Below are positions 37,433 to 47,892 of a stretch of DNA of 64,000 nt, piece by piece (position 1 is the first letter of the stretch; each line of letters begins with the position of its first letter). The notes beneath the pieces were generated by a model. It made no database searches and was not told the origin of the DNA. It worked only from the letters and a program-made list of their open reading frames with translations. Source of the DNA: Candidatus Latescibacterota bacterium (lineage in GTDB: Bacteria > Latescibacterota > UBA2968 > UBA8231); the NCBI GenBank assembly GCA_965200315.1, contig OZ241362.1, positions 4,800,001 to 4,864,000 of the forward strand. The letters run 5' to 3'. A program made the position numbers and the translations under genes.

Positions 37433-40369
37433 TTATAGGAGCCGTCCATATTCGGTAAAGCCGATTAGGACGCGGGCGAAAAAAGTCAGCGCATCAAAGG
37501 CATCGCTGTCCCGCGATTCCTCGTCGAATGTCTTGACCTCCCGCTGCAATCCCACGATCGTGCGCAGATCGTAGCCGAAATACTTCGAGCGGTTGTTCAC
37601 GTTGAGATACAATGTGTGCTGGTCAAAACTGTTGCGGGCATTGACCCGGTCCTCGACCCGGTAGGGCAGCGGCCCCAAGCCTTGGATGCCCAACTGTAGT
37701 TGGCTGCGCTGCATCAGCGGTAGGGTACAGCGCAGGATGGGAATGACACTGAGTTCCGAGCGCACGGTGCGGTGGGTGTAGCGGCCGTCGAGTTGGCGGT
37801 CGGCGGCTTGGTCCACTAGGCGCAGCAGCAGAACCTTGAACTGGGGTTGGATCTGCAGCCGGTGCCAATGCCAAGTGTAGTCGGCGCGGCTGACCCAAGT
37901 AAAGAAGTCGAGCCGTTTGTCGCGTTGGACTAGGCCGCCGGGCAAAGGACCGGCTTGTTGCCAGTTGAAGCGCAGGCGGATTTTGTGGACCATCTGGAGG
38001 GTGGACCAGGGATTGAGCCAGCTCTCCAGATAGGTGTCGTTGACGTAGCTGTTGCGATACAGCAGCGGGTCGGCGCGGAAATTGTTGGTGAAAGAGGGCT
38101 TATTGCCGGCGACCAAGCCGCGAAAATCTGTATCTATGCGCTTCGGCCGTTCGACCAGCACGGAGAATTCGTCGGCAATATCGTCTTTGACGTGGCGCAG
38201 GTGGTTTTCGAAAAACAGCCGCTGCAGCCGCCCCAACTCTTCGCGCCGGTAGGTCACCAGTGCGTAGGTCGATTTGTTGCGCCCGCCGCCCGCGATTTGT
38301 TCGATGTCGTAGCGCCCCGCCCCCAAAGACCACTCGGACGTCAGGTCCAGTTGGCCGAATAGGTGGATGCCGCGCTGGTCGGCGTCGTAGGGGTAATCGG
38401 GGTCTAGGTCGTCCTCGCGCACATCGGGATCGTCGTTGTTGTTGCGGTCGAGGCCGTAGAAGAAGTCGTTGGATTCGACGTAGTACATGAGGAAGGGCTC
38501 GACGTAGTCGGGCACATCGTTGAAGTTGCGGTTGGTGTCGGGCAGGCCGTCGTTGTCGTCGTCTTGGCCGGGAAACACGCCGTCGATGTCTTCGTCTTCG
38601 CGGTCGTTGGGTTGCCCCTGAAGATTGCCTACGCGCTTGTCCGGGTAGCGGTCGCCGTCCTCGTTGTCCTGCACCAGATCCCAGAAGATGGTGTTGTTGG
38701 TCAGGCCGGCCAGCGTAGTTTCTGTCAAACCGATTTCAAATGGTACAAAGGTGCGCATTTCCGTGTGAAAGTCTGGATTCATGGCAAAAACTTCGGCCCC
38801 GAGGCGGCCTCCCTTGAACCAGCGCACGGCATTGATGTACCAGGCCGATCCTTTCTCGGAGAAGCGCGGCCCCCGGTCGTACAGTGTGGTCTCGTCCATG
38901 CGCGCCGGAAAGCGGGAGTAGCGCGCGGAGCGGGCGTATTCTCCGTTGATTTCTAGGCCGGCTAGGGCAAGGTGCATATCGGTGCTGTAGGTGAAAAGCG
39001 ACGTGTTTTCGCCCACATTGATCCGTCTTCTGGCCAGATTAGAGCCGTCCTGCACATTGCCATCGGCGCGCAGGACAAGCCGGTAGAATGTGCTCACGTA
39101 CTGATTGGGATAGCCGCGTCCCCGCGGATTGCTGAGATTGAGGGTAGCCACTTCTACTCGGTAGTCATTGGCCATCGCCGCTTCCACGGCCACCGATTCC
39201 ACGTAGGGCTCCTGTGACAGATCGAAGAGGAACACCAAGTGCTCGTTGCCGTCGGCTTGGAGGATCTCCTCGGATGATTCGAGTTTGAACGTGGCTAGCA
39301 GCCCTGCGAGGTTGGTATTCTTACTCACGTCAATGCCGGCCTCGTGGTCGGCGCGATAGAGGTAATCGGCAAAGAGCGGCATATCGTTTCTGCCGCGGTA
39401 GTAGAGCGTGGCCATCTGGTAATAGCCCCGAGGGCTAGTGTAAATGGTCGGGTTGAATTGGCCCGTCAGCCGGGAGATGGTGCCCACCTGCGTATCTACA
39501 CCTTCGAAGTGGCGAATCACTGTTGGCACGATATCGGGCCGGGCTTCGCCGTTAAGTATGAGTTGCGCTTCCTGCACCAAGGCACCGCCGCGGCCGTCGT
39601 GGGGCGAGTCATCGGTAAAGCGCACCACAATCAGGTCCATGGACGGCAGCTTGGGTCTCAGGGAACCTTTGAGGCTGTTGTTGTCTTGGGTGCTTTGATA
39701 CACGTGCGTGTTCACGCCGTTTAGGCCCAGCCGCAGGGTCCCGATATCTGTTTCCAGTCGCGTCCCCAATAGGATGGTCGAATCATCAGCAAAGTGCGTA
39801 TTTTCGATGGCCCAGGGGGGAACGGATTCGATGTAAAAATGAGGGCGTTCGATGCGCGATCCTAGGAAGGTGAAGCGGGCATAAGGCGTGGCCAAATCGA
39901 AGCGGACACCATTAAAGTCAACTTGCGACAGGGTCAACGGCGTGAAGCGGGCAATCAGTCCATCGCCGACAATGGCGCTGTAGCCCCAGTCGTTATAGCT
40001 GTCGCGGCCCACCACCAGAAAATCGAAAACCGTGCTCCACTGGTTGCGATCCTTGAAGATGCTGCTGCCGTATTCCTGACCGAGCGTGCGGCGCTCGGTC
40101 CAGTCGTACAGGTCGTAACCCGTGATGAGGGGATCGCCGAAGGAATCGTAGAAGGCCCGAGGTCGGTCGGCGTAGGGGAAGGTGTGGTCCGGGTAGTTGG
40201 AATAGCCCTGAAAGGCGTAGTTATTGTACTGGGGCAACTGCCGCCAGAGAAAGTCTTGGGAAGGCAGAATCTCGGGAATGCCCAAGCGCGGCGTTTGCGC
40301 CCAGCTCGGGACTATTGCCCACAGCAGCACTAGGAGCACTCCGCAGATGTGTATTGTCGGCTTTTTCAT
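37433..40369 (-). CDS. Large exported protein, probable outer-membrane beta-rich protein with Asp-rich Ca-binding-like repeats (paralog A3)
   Basis: Signal peptide; 'FNGVRFD'; 'FPGQDDDNDGLPDTNRN...PDYVEPFLMY...DRNNNDDPDVREDD..PDYPYD'; amphipathic C-terminal strands. Confidence 0.75.
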   Translation of the reverse strand: MKKPTIHICGVLLVLLWAIVPSWAQTPRLGIPEILPSQDFLWRQLPQYNNYAFQGYSNYPDHTFPYADRPRAFYDSFGDPLITGYDLYDWTERRTLGQEYGSSIFKDRNQWSTVFDFLVVGRDSYNDWGYSAIVGDGLIARFTPLTLSQVDFNGVRFDLATPYARFTFLGSRIERPHFYIESVPPWAIENTHFADDSTILLGTRLETDIGTLRLGLNGVNTHVYQSTQDNNSLKGSLRPKLPSMDLIVVRFTDDSPHDGRGGALVQEAQLILNGEARPDIVPTVIRHFEGVDTQVGTISRLTGQFNPTIYTSPRGYYQMATLYYRGRNDMPLFADYLYRADHEAGIDVSKNTNLAGLLATFKLESSEEILQADGNEHLVFLFDLSQEPYVESVAVEAAMANDYRVEVATLNLSNPRGRGYPNQYVSTFYRLVLRADGNVQDGSNLARRRINVGENTSLFTYSTDMHLALAGLEINGEYARSARYSRFPARMDETTLYDRGPRFSEKGSAWYINAVRWFKGGRLGAEVFAMNPDFHTEMRTFVPFEIGLTETTLAGLTNNTIFWDLVQDNEDGDRYPDKRVGNLQGQPNDREDEDIDGVFPGQDDDNDGLPDTNRNFNDVPDYVEPFLMYYVESNDFFYGLDRNNNDDPDVREDDLDPDYPYDADQRGIHLFGQLDLTSEWSLGAGRYDIEQIAGGGRNKSTYALVTYRREELGRLQRLFFENHLRHVKDDIADEFSVLVERPKRIDTDFRGLVAGNKPSFTNNFRADPLLYRNSYVNDTYLESWLNPWSTLQMVHKIRLRFNWQQAGPLPGGLVQRDKRLDFFTWVSRADYTWHWHRLQIQPQFKVLLLRLVDQAADRQLDGRYTHRTVRSELSVIPILRCTLPLMQRSQLQLGIQGLGPLPYRVEDRVNARNSFDQHTLYLNVNNRSKYFGYDLRTIVGLQREVKTFDEESRDSDAFDALTFFARVLIGFTEYGRLL

Positions 40370-40382
40370 CTGCCCATTTCCA

Positions 40383-42449
40383 TTAGTACACCACGGCTAC
40401 GACGCGCAGGCGGCTTTTTTCTTCGCGCTCGAGAAGGAGCCGCACGCGCACTAGGTAGAGTCCTGGTGCCACTAGTTCGCCGGCATCGTTCCTGCCGTCC
40501 CATAACGTGGACACGTATTCGCCCGCGCTCAGGGTGGCTGCATATAGGGCGCACACAGGCCGGCCTTGGACATCGAATATGTCCACCTCTACTACTTGAG
40601 GCTCGCTTATCCTCGCTAAGGTAAATTCGATCGCTGTTTCGTCGTTGATGCCGTCGCCGTTGGGGCTAAATGCCTGTGGTACCGGGCGCACATGACTCAA
40701 TAGGGGCCCCTCGACACCACTGGCAGACACCTGCCACGAGCGCGGCTGGCCGCTGTCTGTATCGGGTTCAATGTTCTCCTCGGCATCCAGCGTCGCGCCT
40801 CCGTCTGGACCAGAGACTTGGGCGCGGAACTCGAAGACATTGCTCAACAGCCGTCCGCGGAAACGCATTTCTAGGGTGCCCGCTTGGTGCCAGGGCTCGG
40901 CCAGTACTATATCCAGTGCCGTGCTCGATGCTGCGATTGCGGCGATTTCTATTCCAGACGGGGGCACAATTTCTTCTAGCTCGATCTGACTGGGTAGGGC
41001 AACACGCACCCGCTCTACTCCTAGATCGTCAGCACTGAAACTTAGCGCTAGGCGATACGTGAAAAGGGTGTCGCGGCCCAGCACGGCCCGATTGGGCTCG
41101 ACCCAGCCGCGGACCAGCGAAGCAGGGATCTGGTCGGTGAAATTGACAATCAGACTGTCCAAACGCGGGCCCGCGGCTTCGGATTGAGTTTCCATATTGA
41201 CCCGGTATTGTAGGAAAGTGCGCGGTTCGGGCACCTGCAGCAGGGCCGGACTGGTGTGCACCGGCGCGCTCCAATCGCTCCAAGTGCTGCCGTCGTGCGA
41301 GCTGCGGAATTGCAGCCCGAGCGCGGTACCGTCCGGCACTTGGCTGCCCCAGCGCACGGAGGTAAAATTCTTGCGCTCTCCGGGCCGTCCTAGGTCTAGG
41401 GGCGGCGAGACAAAGTTGCCCGCAGGAGCAATACCGCTGCCCAGCACCTGAATCTCAGCTACTTTGGCGCGCTGCAGCGCATCGACCTCGGCGATGATCA
41501 CTTGCAGGTAACGGGCAAAGACCGGGGCAAAGGCAATGGCTGTGCGCTCGGGTTGATCAATGCCGTGCAGCACACCCATCTCGCTCCAGCCAAACTGGTC
41601 GTTGCTTACTTGGACAGCGTAGCCGCGCAGGGTATTCTGGACAAACTCGTCGGCGTTTCTGCCCTGAGTCAGGACCCGCACCTCGCTGATTAGACGCCGG
41701 TTCAGCAGATCCACTTGGGCAATGGCGTTCAACTCGGTCGGATCTACGGTCCAGCCGGTATTGAAGCGGCCGTCGAATACTTCTGGGCGGTTGGAGGGCA
41801 GTCTGAACGCTAGGTTTTCTCCCTCCACTGAACGCAGACTCAGGCCGCCGGCTGGCTGGCCTATGTCGATGCCACCGGGAAAGCCGGCGATTACATCTGC
41901 CTGCAGCGTATCGGACCAGCCGGATACGCCCGCTCTGTCTAGCTGACCGCGCTGTACTTGCTGCCAAGTGTCCAGTCGGCTCACATCCTTTGTCTGCCAG
42001 CCCGCGTCTTGTTGGGATTCGCCGCTCCAGTACCAAAAATTCTGCAACGCACCAAAGGTGCTGACCCATGACTGCTCTGCGGCGCTTACCTCCACAACTA
42101 GACCGCTGCCGTTGCCCCGGCCGCGATTGACGACGCGCACGGCCAGCTCGTTTTTGCGCCGCTTGAGCTCGACTGGGTACTCTTCCATGGTGGTCCAATT
42201 GTCGTCGCTGCCGATGGTTTCGCCGTTGAGGAAAACCTCGTATTCGTCTGCTGCAGTCAGGCGCAGCAGGGCCGATCCCGCCTCGGGTGCATTGAGGGTA
42301 TGCCGGTAGTACACGGTCTGCTCCCAGTGGTCAACAGTCCATTCCTCCGCATGACCTGTGGTGCCCACCAGCAAGGCCGCGGCCAATAGCAATGGGCGCA
42401 ACTGCAAAGGCGGCGATTTACCCGTCTGGTCTGTTCTCGGCCACCTCAT
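40383..42449 (-). CDS. Secreted galactose-binding-like/discoidin + FlgD-Ig protein (paralog B2)
   Basis: Signal peptide; 'LTAADEYEVFLNG', discoidin-like 'VFDG...VDL...YAVQVSND...W', 'WSDWS' and 'PQAFSPNGDGIND...WDGRND.G.LV.PGLY...AVVY'. Confidence 0.8.
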   Translation of the reverse strand: MRWPRTDQTGKSPPLQLRPLLLAAALLVGTTGHAEEWTVDHWEQTVYYRHTLNAPEAGSALLRLTAADEYEVFLNGETIGSDDNWTTMEEYPVELKRRKNELAVRVVNRGRGNGSGLVVEVSAAEQSWVSTFGALQNFWYWSGESQQDAGWQTKDVSRLDTWQQVQRGQLDRAGVSGWSDTLQADVIAGFPGGIDIGQPAGGLSLRSVEGENLAFRLPSNRPEVFDGRFNTGWTVDPTELNAIAQVDLLNRRLISEVRVLTQGRNADEFVQNTLRGYAVQVSNDQFGWSEMGVLHGIDQPERTAIAFAPVFARYLQVIIAEVDALQRAKVAEIQVLGSGIAPAGNFVSPPLDLGRPGERKNFTSVRWGSQVPDGTALGLQFRSSHDGSTWSDWSAPVHTSPALLQVPEPRTFLQYRVNMETQSEAAGPRLDSLIVNFTDQIPASLVRGWVEPNRAVLGRDTLFTYRLALSFSADDLGVERVRVALPSQIELEEIVPPSGIEIAAIAASSTALDIVLAEPWHQAGTLEMRFRGRLLSNVFEFRAQVSGPDGGATLDAEENIEPDTDSGQPRSWQVSASGVEGPLLSHVRPVPQAFSPNGDGINDETAIEFTLARISEPQVVEVDIFDVQGRPVCALYAATLSAGEYVSTLWDGRNDAGELVAPGLYLVRVRLLLEREEKSRLRVVAVVY

Positions 42450-45172
42450 TGTACTGGCTCCAGTCCCACGACCATGCGGATAAAAAACTGTTCAAAATCA
42501 ATATCCTCGAATTTCCGCGTACGGTCCTTCATGCGGCGTCGGCTGATCTCGTAGCCGGCTGTAAGCGCCATATCGAAACCAGCGTATTCAAAGCGATTGA
42601 CCAGCATGAAAAGCGCATCGCGGGTGTTGTAGTCTTGGTCTCCATTTCGGCCATTGCGGTAGATGCTGGGCAGCGCGGATAGCCCTTGGACCCCGCCGCG
42701 CAGGAAGGTGCGTTCGGTGAATTTGAAGTCGGCCACTATCATGGGGAAGCCGAAGACCTCGGACACTGGCTGAATGCGCCCCCGGTCGTCGGTGCGGCGG
42801 CGCAGCATGAGTTTGTAGCGCGGCGATACCTCTAGCCCGCCCAAGCGCCAGCGGTAATCTGCTCGCAACACCGAAGTCCACAGCTGAATCGCATTGTCGC
42901 GGCTCTTGGCGCTGAGCTGTTGGTTGACTTTGAACTTGAGATTGGCACCGACAAAGAGGTTGCGCACCCCCCGGAAGGCGAAGTCGACGAAGGCGGTGTT
43001 GACGGCGCTGTCCCGCATTAACAATTCGTCTTCGACAAAGGTCTCAATGGTGGTACGCGGATTAAAGATGTCGAAATTGGCCACGTCGCCAAAGCGGAAT
43101 ACGCCGTCGGGAATGTCGTCCTGTACCCGCTTTAAGAAGTCCACGGCCCGCACTTCACCCCAGTTGCCGAAGCGCCGCTGGTACTCGGCTTTGGCGTACC
43201 ACACATCCGCCCGCTGGCCACCCCAGATGGCCTTCATATCGTAGTGCCCAAAGGTCAGTTCCAGCGCGCGCTGGGGCTGAAAGCGCACAAAGAGATGGTA
43301 GCCCTTGCGGTTGAGGTCATACGGGTAGTCCGGCTTGTTGTCGTTTTCGCGCACGTCCATGACGCCATTGTTGTTCAGGTCGTCGCCGTAGTCGAAATCG
43401 TCTGGATCGACGTCGTAGAGCAAAAAGGGCTCGAAATAATCGGGTACTTGGTTGCGATTGCGGTTGGTGTCAGGGGTGCCGTCTTGGTCCTTGTCCAGAC
43501 CGGGGAAAATCCCGTTCTGGTCCTCGAAACTGGGTATGAAGAAATCGTCTGGAAAAGGGTCTTTGTCGTCGTTGTCGTCAACCGTGTTTAGGTCGAGGGT
43601 ATTGTTCAGGCTCTCGTCGGTCGAACCCAACTCGCCGGCGAAAGGCCCGGTGCCAGAGGCCGCGTATGCCGCTAGCGTCAGGTCGGTCACCGAAAGCTCG
43701 GTGCGGTACTCGGGGCCGAGGTGGAACAGCTCCCCACCAACGGCAATTTTCGGGGTAAATTCCCGCTCGATATTGAGCAGATAGGCGTAGCTACTGCGGT
43801 CGTGGCGCCGGCCGCGGTGATCGTGGACGGGGTACTGGCGGAAGTTGAAGCTGTGGGCCCACTCGCCCTTGAAGCGGAAGCCCTTTACGTCCGTGCTCAG
43901 ACCTAGGCCAGCCAAGGTGAGACCGGTCTGGCGGCCGTAGTCAAAGCGGATCTGCTCGACATCGGCGCCGGCGGATCCACGCCCTTTGGAGCCGGCCAAA
44001 CTTTTGTAAAAAGTGGCGCGGTTGCGCTGGGCTGGTTCATTGCGGGATTCGCGCGGGTCAACGGCGTAGATCTCCGACACGCTGACGCGATAATTGCCAC
44101 TCAGCAGTGCCTCAAAGGAGGCCGACACCACGTCCTCGTCCTCGGGCAGCGGGAACCAGAACAAGACATAGTCCTTGCCATCGGCGCGGAAAGAACCATC
44201 GGGCTCGGGTGTCTGCAGCGGATAGGTGCCCAAGCGGTGGCCCTTTAACACTTCCACGTAGGGCGGAATTGGCCGTTTGAAGAAGAAGTCCTTGTTGGGA
44301 AAGTTCGGATTAAAATCCTCGGTGTTGTGGCGCGTGACAAAAGGTTCAATGTCGTCTCGTCGCTCGCCGTTGAGCAGGATATTGACGTCGAAGACCCGAG
44401 CTCCGTTGCCGTCCAAGGGCGAGGTGTCTTCAATGCGGACCACCAAGTAATCGATTACCTGTACCCGATTGGGCAATTGACCCTTCATGCCATTCCAATC
44501 GGGCGGCGAGCGAGTGTCAATGCGGAAGAGGTTCACATAAGAGGTACTCAGGTCGATGGTGCGCCAGTGCCATTGCCAGTGGCCGCCCAACAGGTACGCA
44601 GCAAAGGCCGCGGTGCTCAGGGCACTAGCGTCCTCTTGGGAAAGTACGGGCTTGTCCATGCGCGAGGCTAGGACCGAGAAGTTGTGCCTTTCATTGGCTA
44701 AATCCCAGCGGATGCCATTGAAGGCGGCCAGATCTAGGATCAACGGCGAGAAATGGGTGCGGATGCGGTCGCCGATGATCAGCCGAGTCTGCCAGTTATT
44801 ATAGCTGTCGTCGGCTACCATCAGGCGGTTGAGAAACCCCTCGTAATTGTTCGGCTTGGCAATAGTGCTGCCGCTGAATATTTGGGCCGGATCGTCAAAG
44901 CGGCGGTTCTCCCGCAGGTGGTACACCTCGACGCCGTTTACCAGAAAGTCGCCGAACTCGTCGTACACGGGGTTGGCCGTGCGCGTGATGACATTGCGGG
45001 GCCAAGTCCGGTACCCCTCTAGGCCGTAGTTGTCGTAGGTGAGCAGGCCGGGGCGGTAGAGCATTAGGCGGGCACCGGTGGTGTGGGGCTTGAGAAGTCT
45101 GGGCTCGCCTTCGCCACGCACCGTCGTTGCTAGGGCCGCTATAAGTACGCCTGTTGAGATCGCTTTTAGCAT
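42446..45172 (-). CDS. Large exported protein, paralog A2
   Basis: 'FNGIRWD', 'DDNDDKDPFPD' and 'FPGLDKDQDGTPDTNRN...EPFLLY...DDLNNNGVMDVRENDNKPDYPYD'. Confidence 0.75.
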   Translation of the reverse strand: MLKAISTGVLIAALATTVRGEGEPRLLKPHTTGARLMLYRPGLLTYDNYGLEGYRTWPRNVITRTANPVYDEFGDFLVNGVEVYHLRENRRFDDPAQIFSGSTIAKPNNYEGFLNRLMVADDSYNNWQTRLIIGDRIRTHFSPLILDLAAFNGIRWDLANERHNFSVLASRMDKPVLSQEDASALSTAAFAAYLLGGHWQWHWRTIDLSTSYVNLFRIDTRSPPDWNGMKGQLPNRVQVIDYLVVRIEDTSPLDGNGARVFDVNILLNGERRDDIEPFVTRHNTEDFNPNFPNKDFFFKRPIPPYVEVLKGHRLGTYPLQTPEPDGSFRADGKDYVLFWFPLPEDEDVVSASFEALLSGNYRVSVSEIYAVDPRESRNEPAQRNRATFYKSLAGSKGRGSAGADVEQIRFDYGRQTGLTLAGLGLSTDVKGFRFKGEWAHSFNFRQYPVHDHRGRRHDRSSYAYLLNIEREFTPKIAVGGELFHLGPEYRTELSVTDLTLAAYAASGTGPFAGELGSTDESLNNTLDLNTVDDNDDKDPFPDDFFIPSFEDQNGIFPGLDKDQDGTPDTNRNRNQVPDYFEPFLLYDVDPDDFDYGDDLNNNGVMDVRENDNKPDYPYDLNRKGYHLFVRFQPQRALELTFGHYDMKAIWGGQRADVWYAKAEYQRRFGNWGEVRAVDFLKRVQDDIPDGVFRFGDVANFDIFNPRTTIETFVEDELLMRDSAVNTAFVDFAFRGVRNLFVGANLKFKVNQQLSAKSRDNAIQLWTSVLRADYRWRLGGLEVSPRYKLMLRRRTDDRGRIQPVSEVFGFPMIVADFKFTERTFLRGGVQGLSALPSIYRNGRNGDQDYNTRDALFMLVNRFEYAGFDMALTAGYEISRRRMKDRTRKFEDIDFEQFFIRMVVGLEPVQ

Positions 45173-45176
45173 GGAC

Positions 45177-47891
45177 TCAATTCGTCCTCACCTGCAGGAA
45201 AAACTCCGAAGTCTCTACCGTGCCCGTCGTGCTGGAGTGGACAAAGTCGGTAAAGGATTTTCGCAGTCCTAGATTCATGCTGATCCGGTAGCCGGTGTAG
45301 CTGCTGTTGTTTTGCAAGCCGATGATATAGTGCCAGGCATTGAAATCGTTGGAAGGTGCCACGGCATCGCGAAAGCGATGCTTCAAGAGGGGAAAGCCCT
45401 GGATGCCCGCCTTTATGGTGGTGCGTTCGGTTAAGAAAAAATCGAGCCGCAGGATTGGTGCTAGGTTGGTCTCGTCGCCTAGGTCGCCCAGTAGTGCTGA
45501 GTCGGAGCGCTGATAGGTCCATTTGAGCATAGGGGTCAGCGTCAATTTCTGGCGCGGCTGCCAGACGTAGTCGACCCGATTTACTAGGGCCAGAGACCAG
45601 TCATTACCCGAATTTTGTGTCTGGCCATCGGCAAAGGTGTCGGCCAAGCGGTGGTTGAGTTCGCCGCGCCAGGTAGTATTGAGCGTCAGGTGGTCGACGC
45701 CGGTGTAGTTGAACTGCACATAGCTCAGATGGGCATGGCTGTTGCGATAGCTCAAGGGATCGGCGCGCAAGCCGATCTCGTAGCGGCCCCTCAGTAGCGG
45801 GTTGGACACGTATTGATAGAGCGGGTCGGGGATATCGTCTTGGACGCGTTTGCTGCGGTGGCGCAGCTTTAGGTGGATATTGTCGAACAGGGGTCGGCGG
45901 TACTCGAGTTTGGCGTACAGGGAGCGATTGCGACCGCCTCCAGCAATCTGGTCGATAGCGTGTCCGCCCAACCGCAACTCGAGTTGGGAAGTGGGGTTGA
46001 AGGTAAAGAATACATGCTGCCCTTTGCTGTCGCGCTCGTAGGGGTAGTCGGGTTTGTTGTCGTTTTCGCGCGAGTCAACCACGCCATTGTTGTTGAAATC
46101 GTCGCCGTACACGAAGTCTGCGGACTCGACGAAGTACATGAGGAAGGGCTCTTGGTAGTCGGGCAGGAGATTGTCGTTGACATTGGTGTCGAAGATGCCG
46201 TCGCCGTTGTCGTCTAGGCCGGGGAATACCCCGAAGCCGACGTCGCGCAGGGAGCCGGGAAAGAGGTTTTCTTTGACTTCAATGGCCGCCTCAGTGACGT
46301 CGTTCTGGAAGCGCAGGTCTAGGGGATCGTCGTGTTCCCAGGAATCGGGCCAGGGGTCCAAATCGTCGTTGTCGTCGACCAGGTCAAACTCTTTCAGGGC
46401 GGGCACGAATTCGTCGAAATAAGTGAAAGAGGTGCGGTATTGGGGTGGGGCCCGAAACAGCTCCCAGCCCACGGCGAAGTTCGCGAATAGGCGCTTACCC
46501 TGCAGTGAATAAGCGCGTTCAGCCCGCTTGTGCCGTCGGCCTTCTTGGACGGGAAAGATAAGGTGCTGGGTGCTGGTGTTGAGGTCGCCGCGCACTTCAA
46601 AGCCGAGCAGGTCCAGTTCGAGATTGGCGCCGTAGAGTTCCAAGCCCGAGGGGAAGCCGTAGTCGAACTCAACCCATCCCATGTTTGAACCGTTGCGGAC
46701 GTTGCCCCCAGCCCGCACCACATTGCGCCAGTCTTCCCACGCGGAGCCGACCACGCCGCTCCGGCCGATGGGAGCACCTAAGTCGATGGCGTAGTCGTTG
46801 GCCGCTAGGACTCTAAAGGAGATATGTTCGGCCTCGGGCGGCACTACAAAGCGGAACAGCAATACGTCGTCGCCGTCGGCTTGGAGGGCCTCTTCGCCGT
46901 CTAGTTGCAAGGGTTCGGCATTGTTAAACAGGCCGCGCGAACCAAAAAGACTGCCGAAACCAACGGTGTGCGGCAGCCAAGACTGCCGGCGGCGCAGATG
47001 GGGCACATCTTCCAAACGCAGACGTTCGGGAATCATGCGCTGCTCTTTGCCTAGGGATACGAGGCCGGCGATCCGGCGCACTGCTGGAGCCGTCTGGCTG
47101 GGCTGGCCATTGACGATCATCTGTACATCGTGGACTTGGGCTCCCACCCCATCTGCGGGCGAATCATCGCTGATGGCGAGAAAGACTTCGCTCGGTGTGA
47201 CTAGGTTGGTGGGGAAAGCGCCTTTGCGGAAAGAACCCTCCCGACGCCCCAGCAAGGTGTCCGTGATATGGGTATTGACGTACGAGGCACCAAATTGCAA
47301 GACACTGCCGATTTGGGTTTTCCAGTGTCCGCCGAAGAGATAGGTCACAAAGTCGAGCGGCCGCGCAGAGGCGAAGTTGCGCAGGGGATCGGAAATGCGC
47401 GAGCCCAATATGGTGAAGCGGTTGCGCTGCGAATTGGAGTCCCAGCGGATGCCATTCATGCGGTTAATCGATAACATCATGGGCTTGAAGCGAGCCTCCA
47501 CGGCCCGGCCGAGGATGACCGACGAACCCCAGTCCTGATAGGAATCACTGGCGACGACCAGATTCTGAAAAAGGTCTCGGTAGTCGTCGTTTTTGAAGAT
47601 GATGCTGCCGCCAAAGGGCGAAATGGTGCGAAATTCTTGGGTGCGGTAGAGATCGGCACCGTTGAGCAGGGTGAAGCCGAAGGGGTCGTAAACGCGCGTC
47701 TCCTCGTCGAGGAAGAAGCCGCCCGCTAAGCGCCGCAGACGGATATCGCGGTAGGAAAAATGAGCGTAGTTCTCATAATCCTCATTGGCCCACAGGGGAT
47801 AGTATTCGCGGTTGAGGTATTGGCCGTGGGAGCGGTCAAAAAAGCCGGTCAGCATCAGCAAAAGCAGGCAGGTTGTTTTAAGGCAGCGCAT
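45177..47891 (-). CDS. Large exported protein, paralog A1
   Basis: 'MNGIRWD', 'DDNDDLDPWPD' and 'FPGLDDNGDGIFDTNVN...EPFLMY...DDFNNNGVVDSRENDNKPDYPYE'. Confidence 0.75.
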   Translation of the reverse strand: MRCLKTTCLLLLMLTGFFDRSHGQYLNREYYPLWANEDYENYAHFSYRDIRLRRLAGGFFLDEETRVYDPFGFTLLNGADLYRTQEFRTISPFGGSIIFKNDDYRDLFQNLVVASDSYQDWGSSVILGRAVEARFKPMMLSINRMNGIRWDSNSQRNRFTILGSRISDPLRNFASARPLDFVTYLFGGHWKTQIGSVLQFGASYVNTHITDTLLGRREGSFRKGAFPTNLVTPSEVFLAISDDSPADGVGAQVHDVQMIVNGQPSQTAPAVRRIAGLVSLGKEQRMIPERLRLEDVPHLRRRQSWLPHTVGFGSLFGSRGLFNNAEPLQLDGEEALQADGDDVLLFRFVVPPEAEHISFRVLAANDYAIDLGAPIGRSGVVGSAWEDWRNVVRAGGNVRNGSNMGWVEFDYGFPSGLELYGANLELDLLGFEVRGDLNTSTQHLIFPVQEGRRHKRAERAYSLQGKRLFANFAVGWELFRAPPQYRTSFTYFDEFVPALKEFDLVDDNDDLDPWPDSWEHDDPLDLRFQNDVTEAAIEVKENLFPGSLRDVGFGVFPGLDDNGDGIFDTNVNDNLLPDYQEPFLMYFVESADFVYGDDFNNNGVVDSRENDNKPDYPYERDSKGQHVFFTFNPTSQLELRLGGHAIDQIAGGGRNRSLYAKLEYRRPLFDNIHLKLRHRSKRVQDDIPDPLYQYVSNPLLRGRYEIGLRADPLSYRNSHAHLSYVQFNYTGVDHLTLNTTWRGELNHRLADTFADGQTQNSGNDWSLALVNRVDYVWQPRQKLTLTPMLKWTYQRSDSALLGDLGDETNLAPILRLDFFLTERTTIKAGIQGFPLLKHRFRDAVAPSNDFNAWHYIIGLQNNSSYTGYRISMNLGLRKSFTDFVHSSTTGTVETSEFFLQVRTN

Positions 47892-47892
47892 C

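Noticed and set aside
38400-46400. GTCGTTGTCGTC-like low-complexity runs as DNA repeats
   Set aside because: Explained by Asp/Asn-rich coding in the A-family paralogs.
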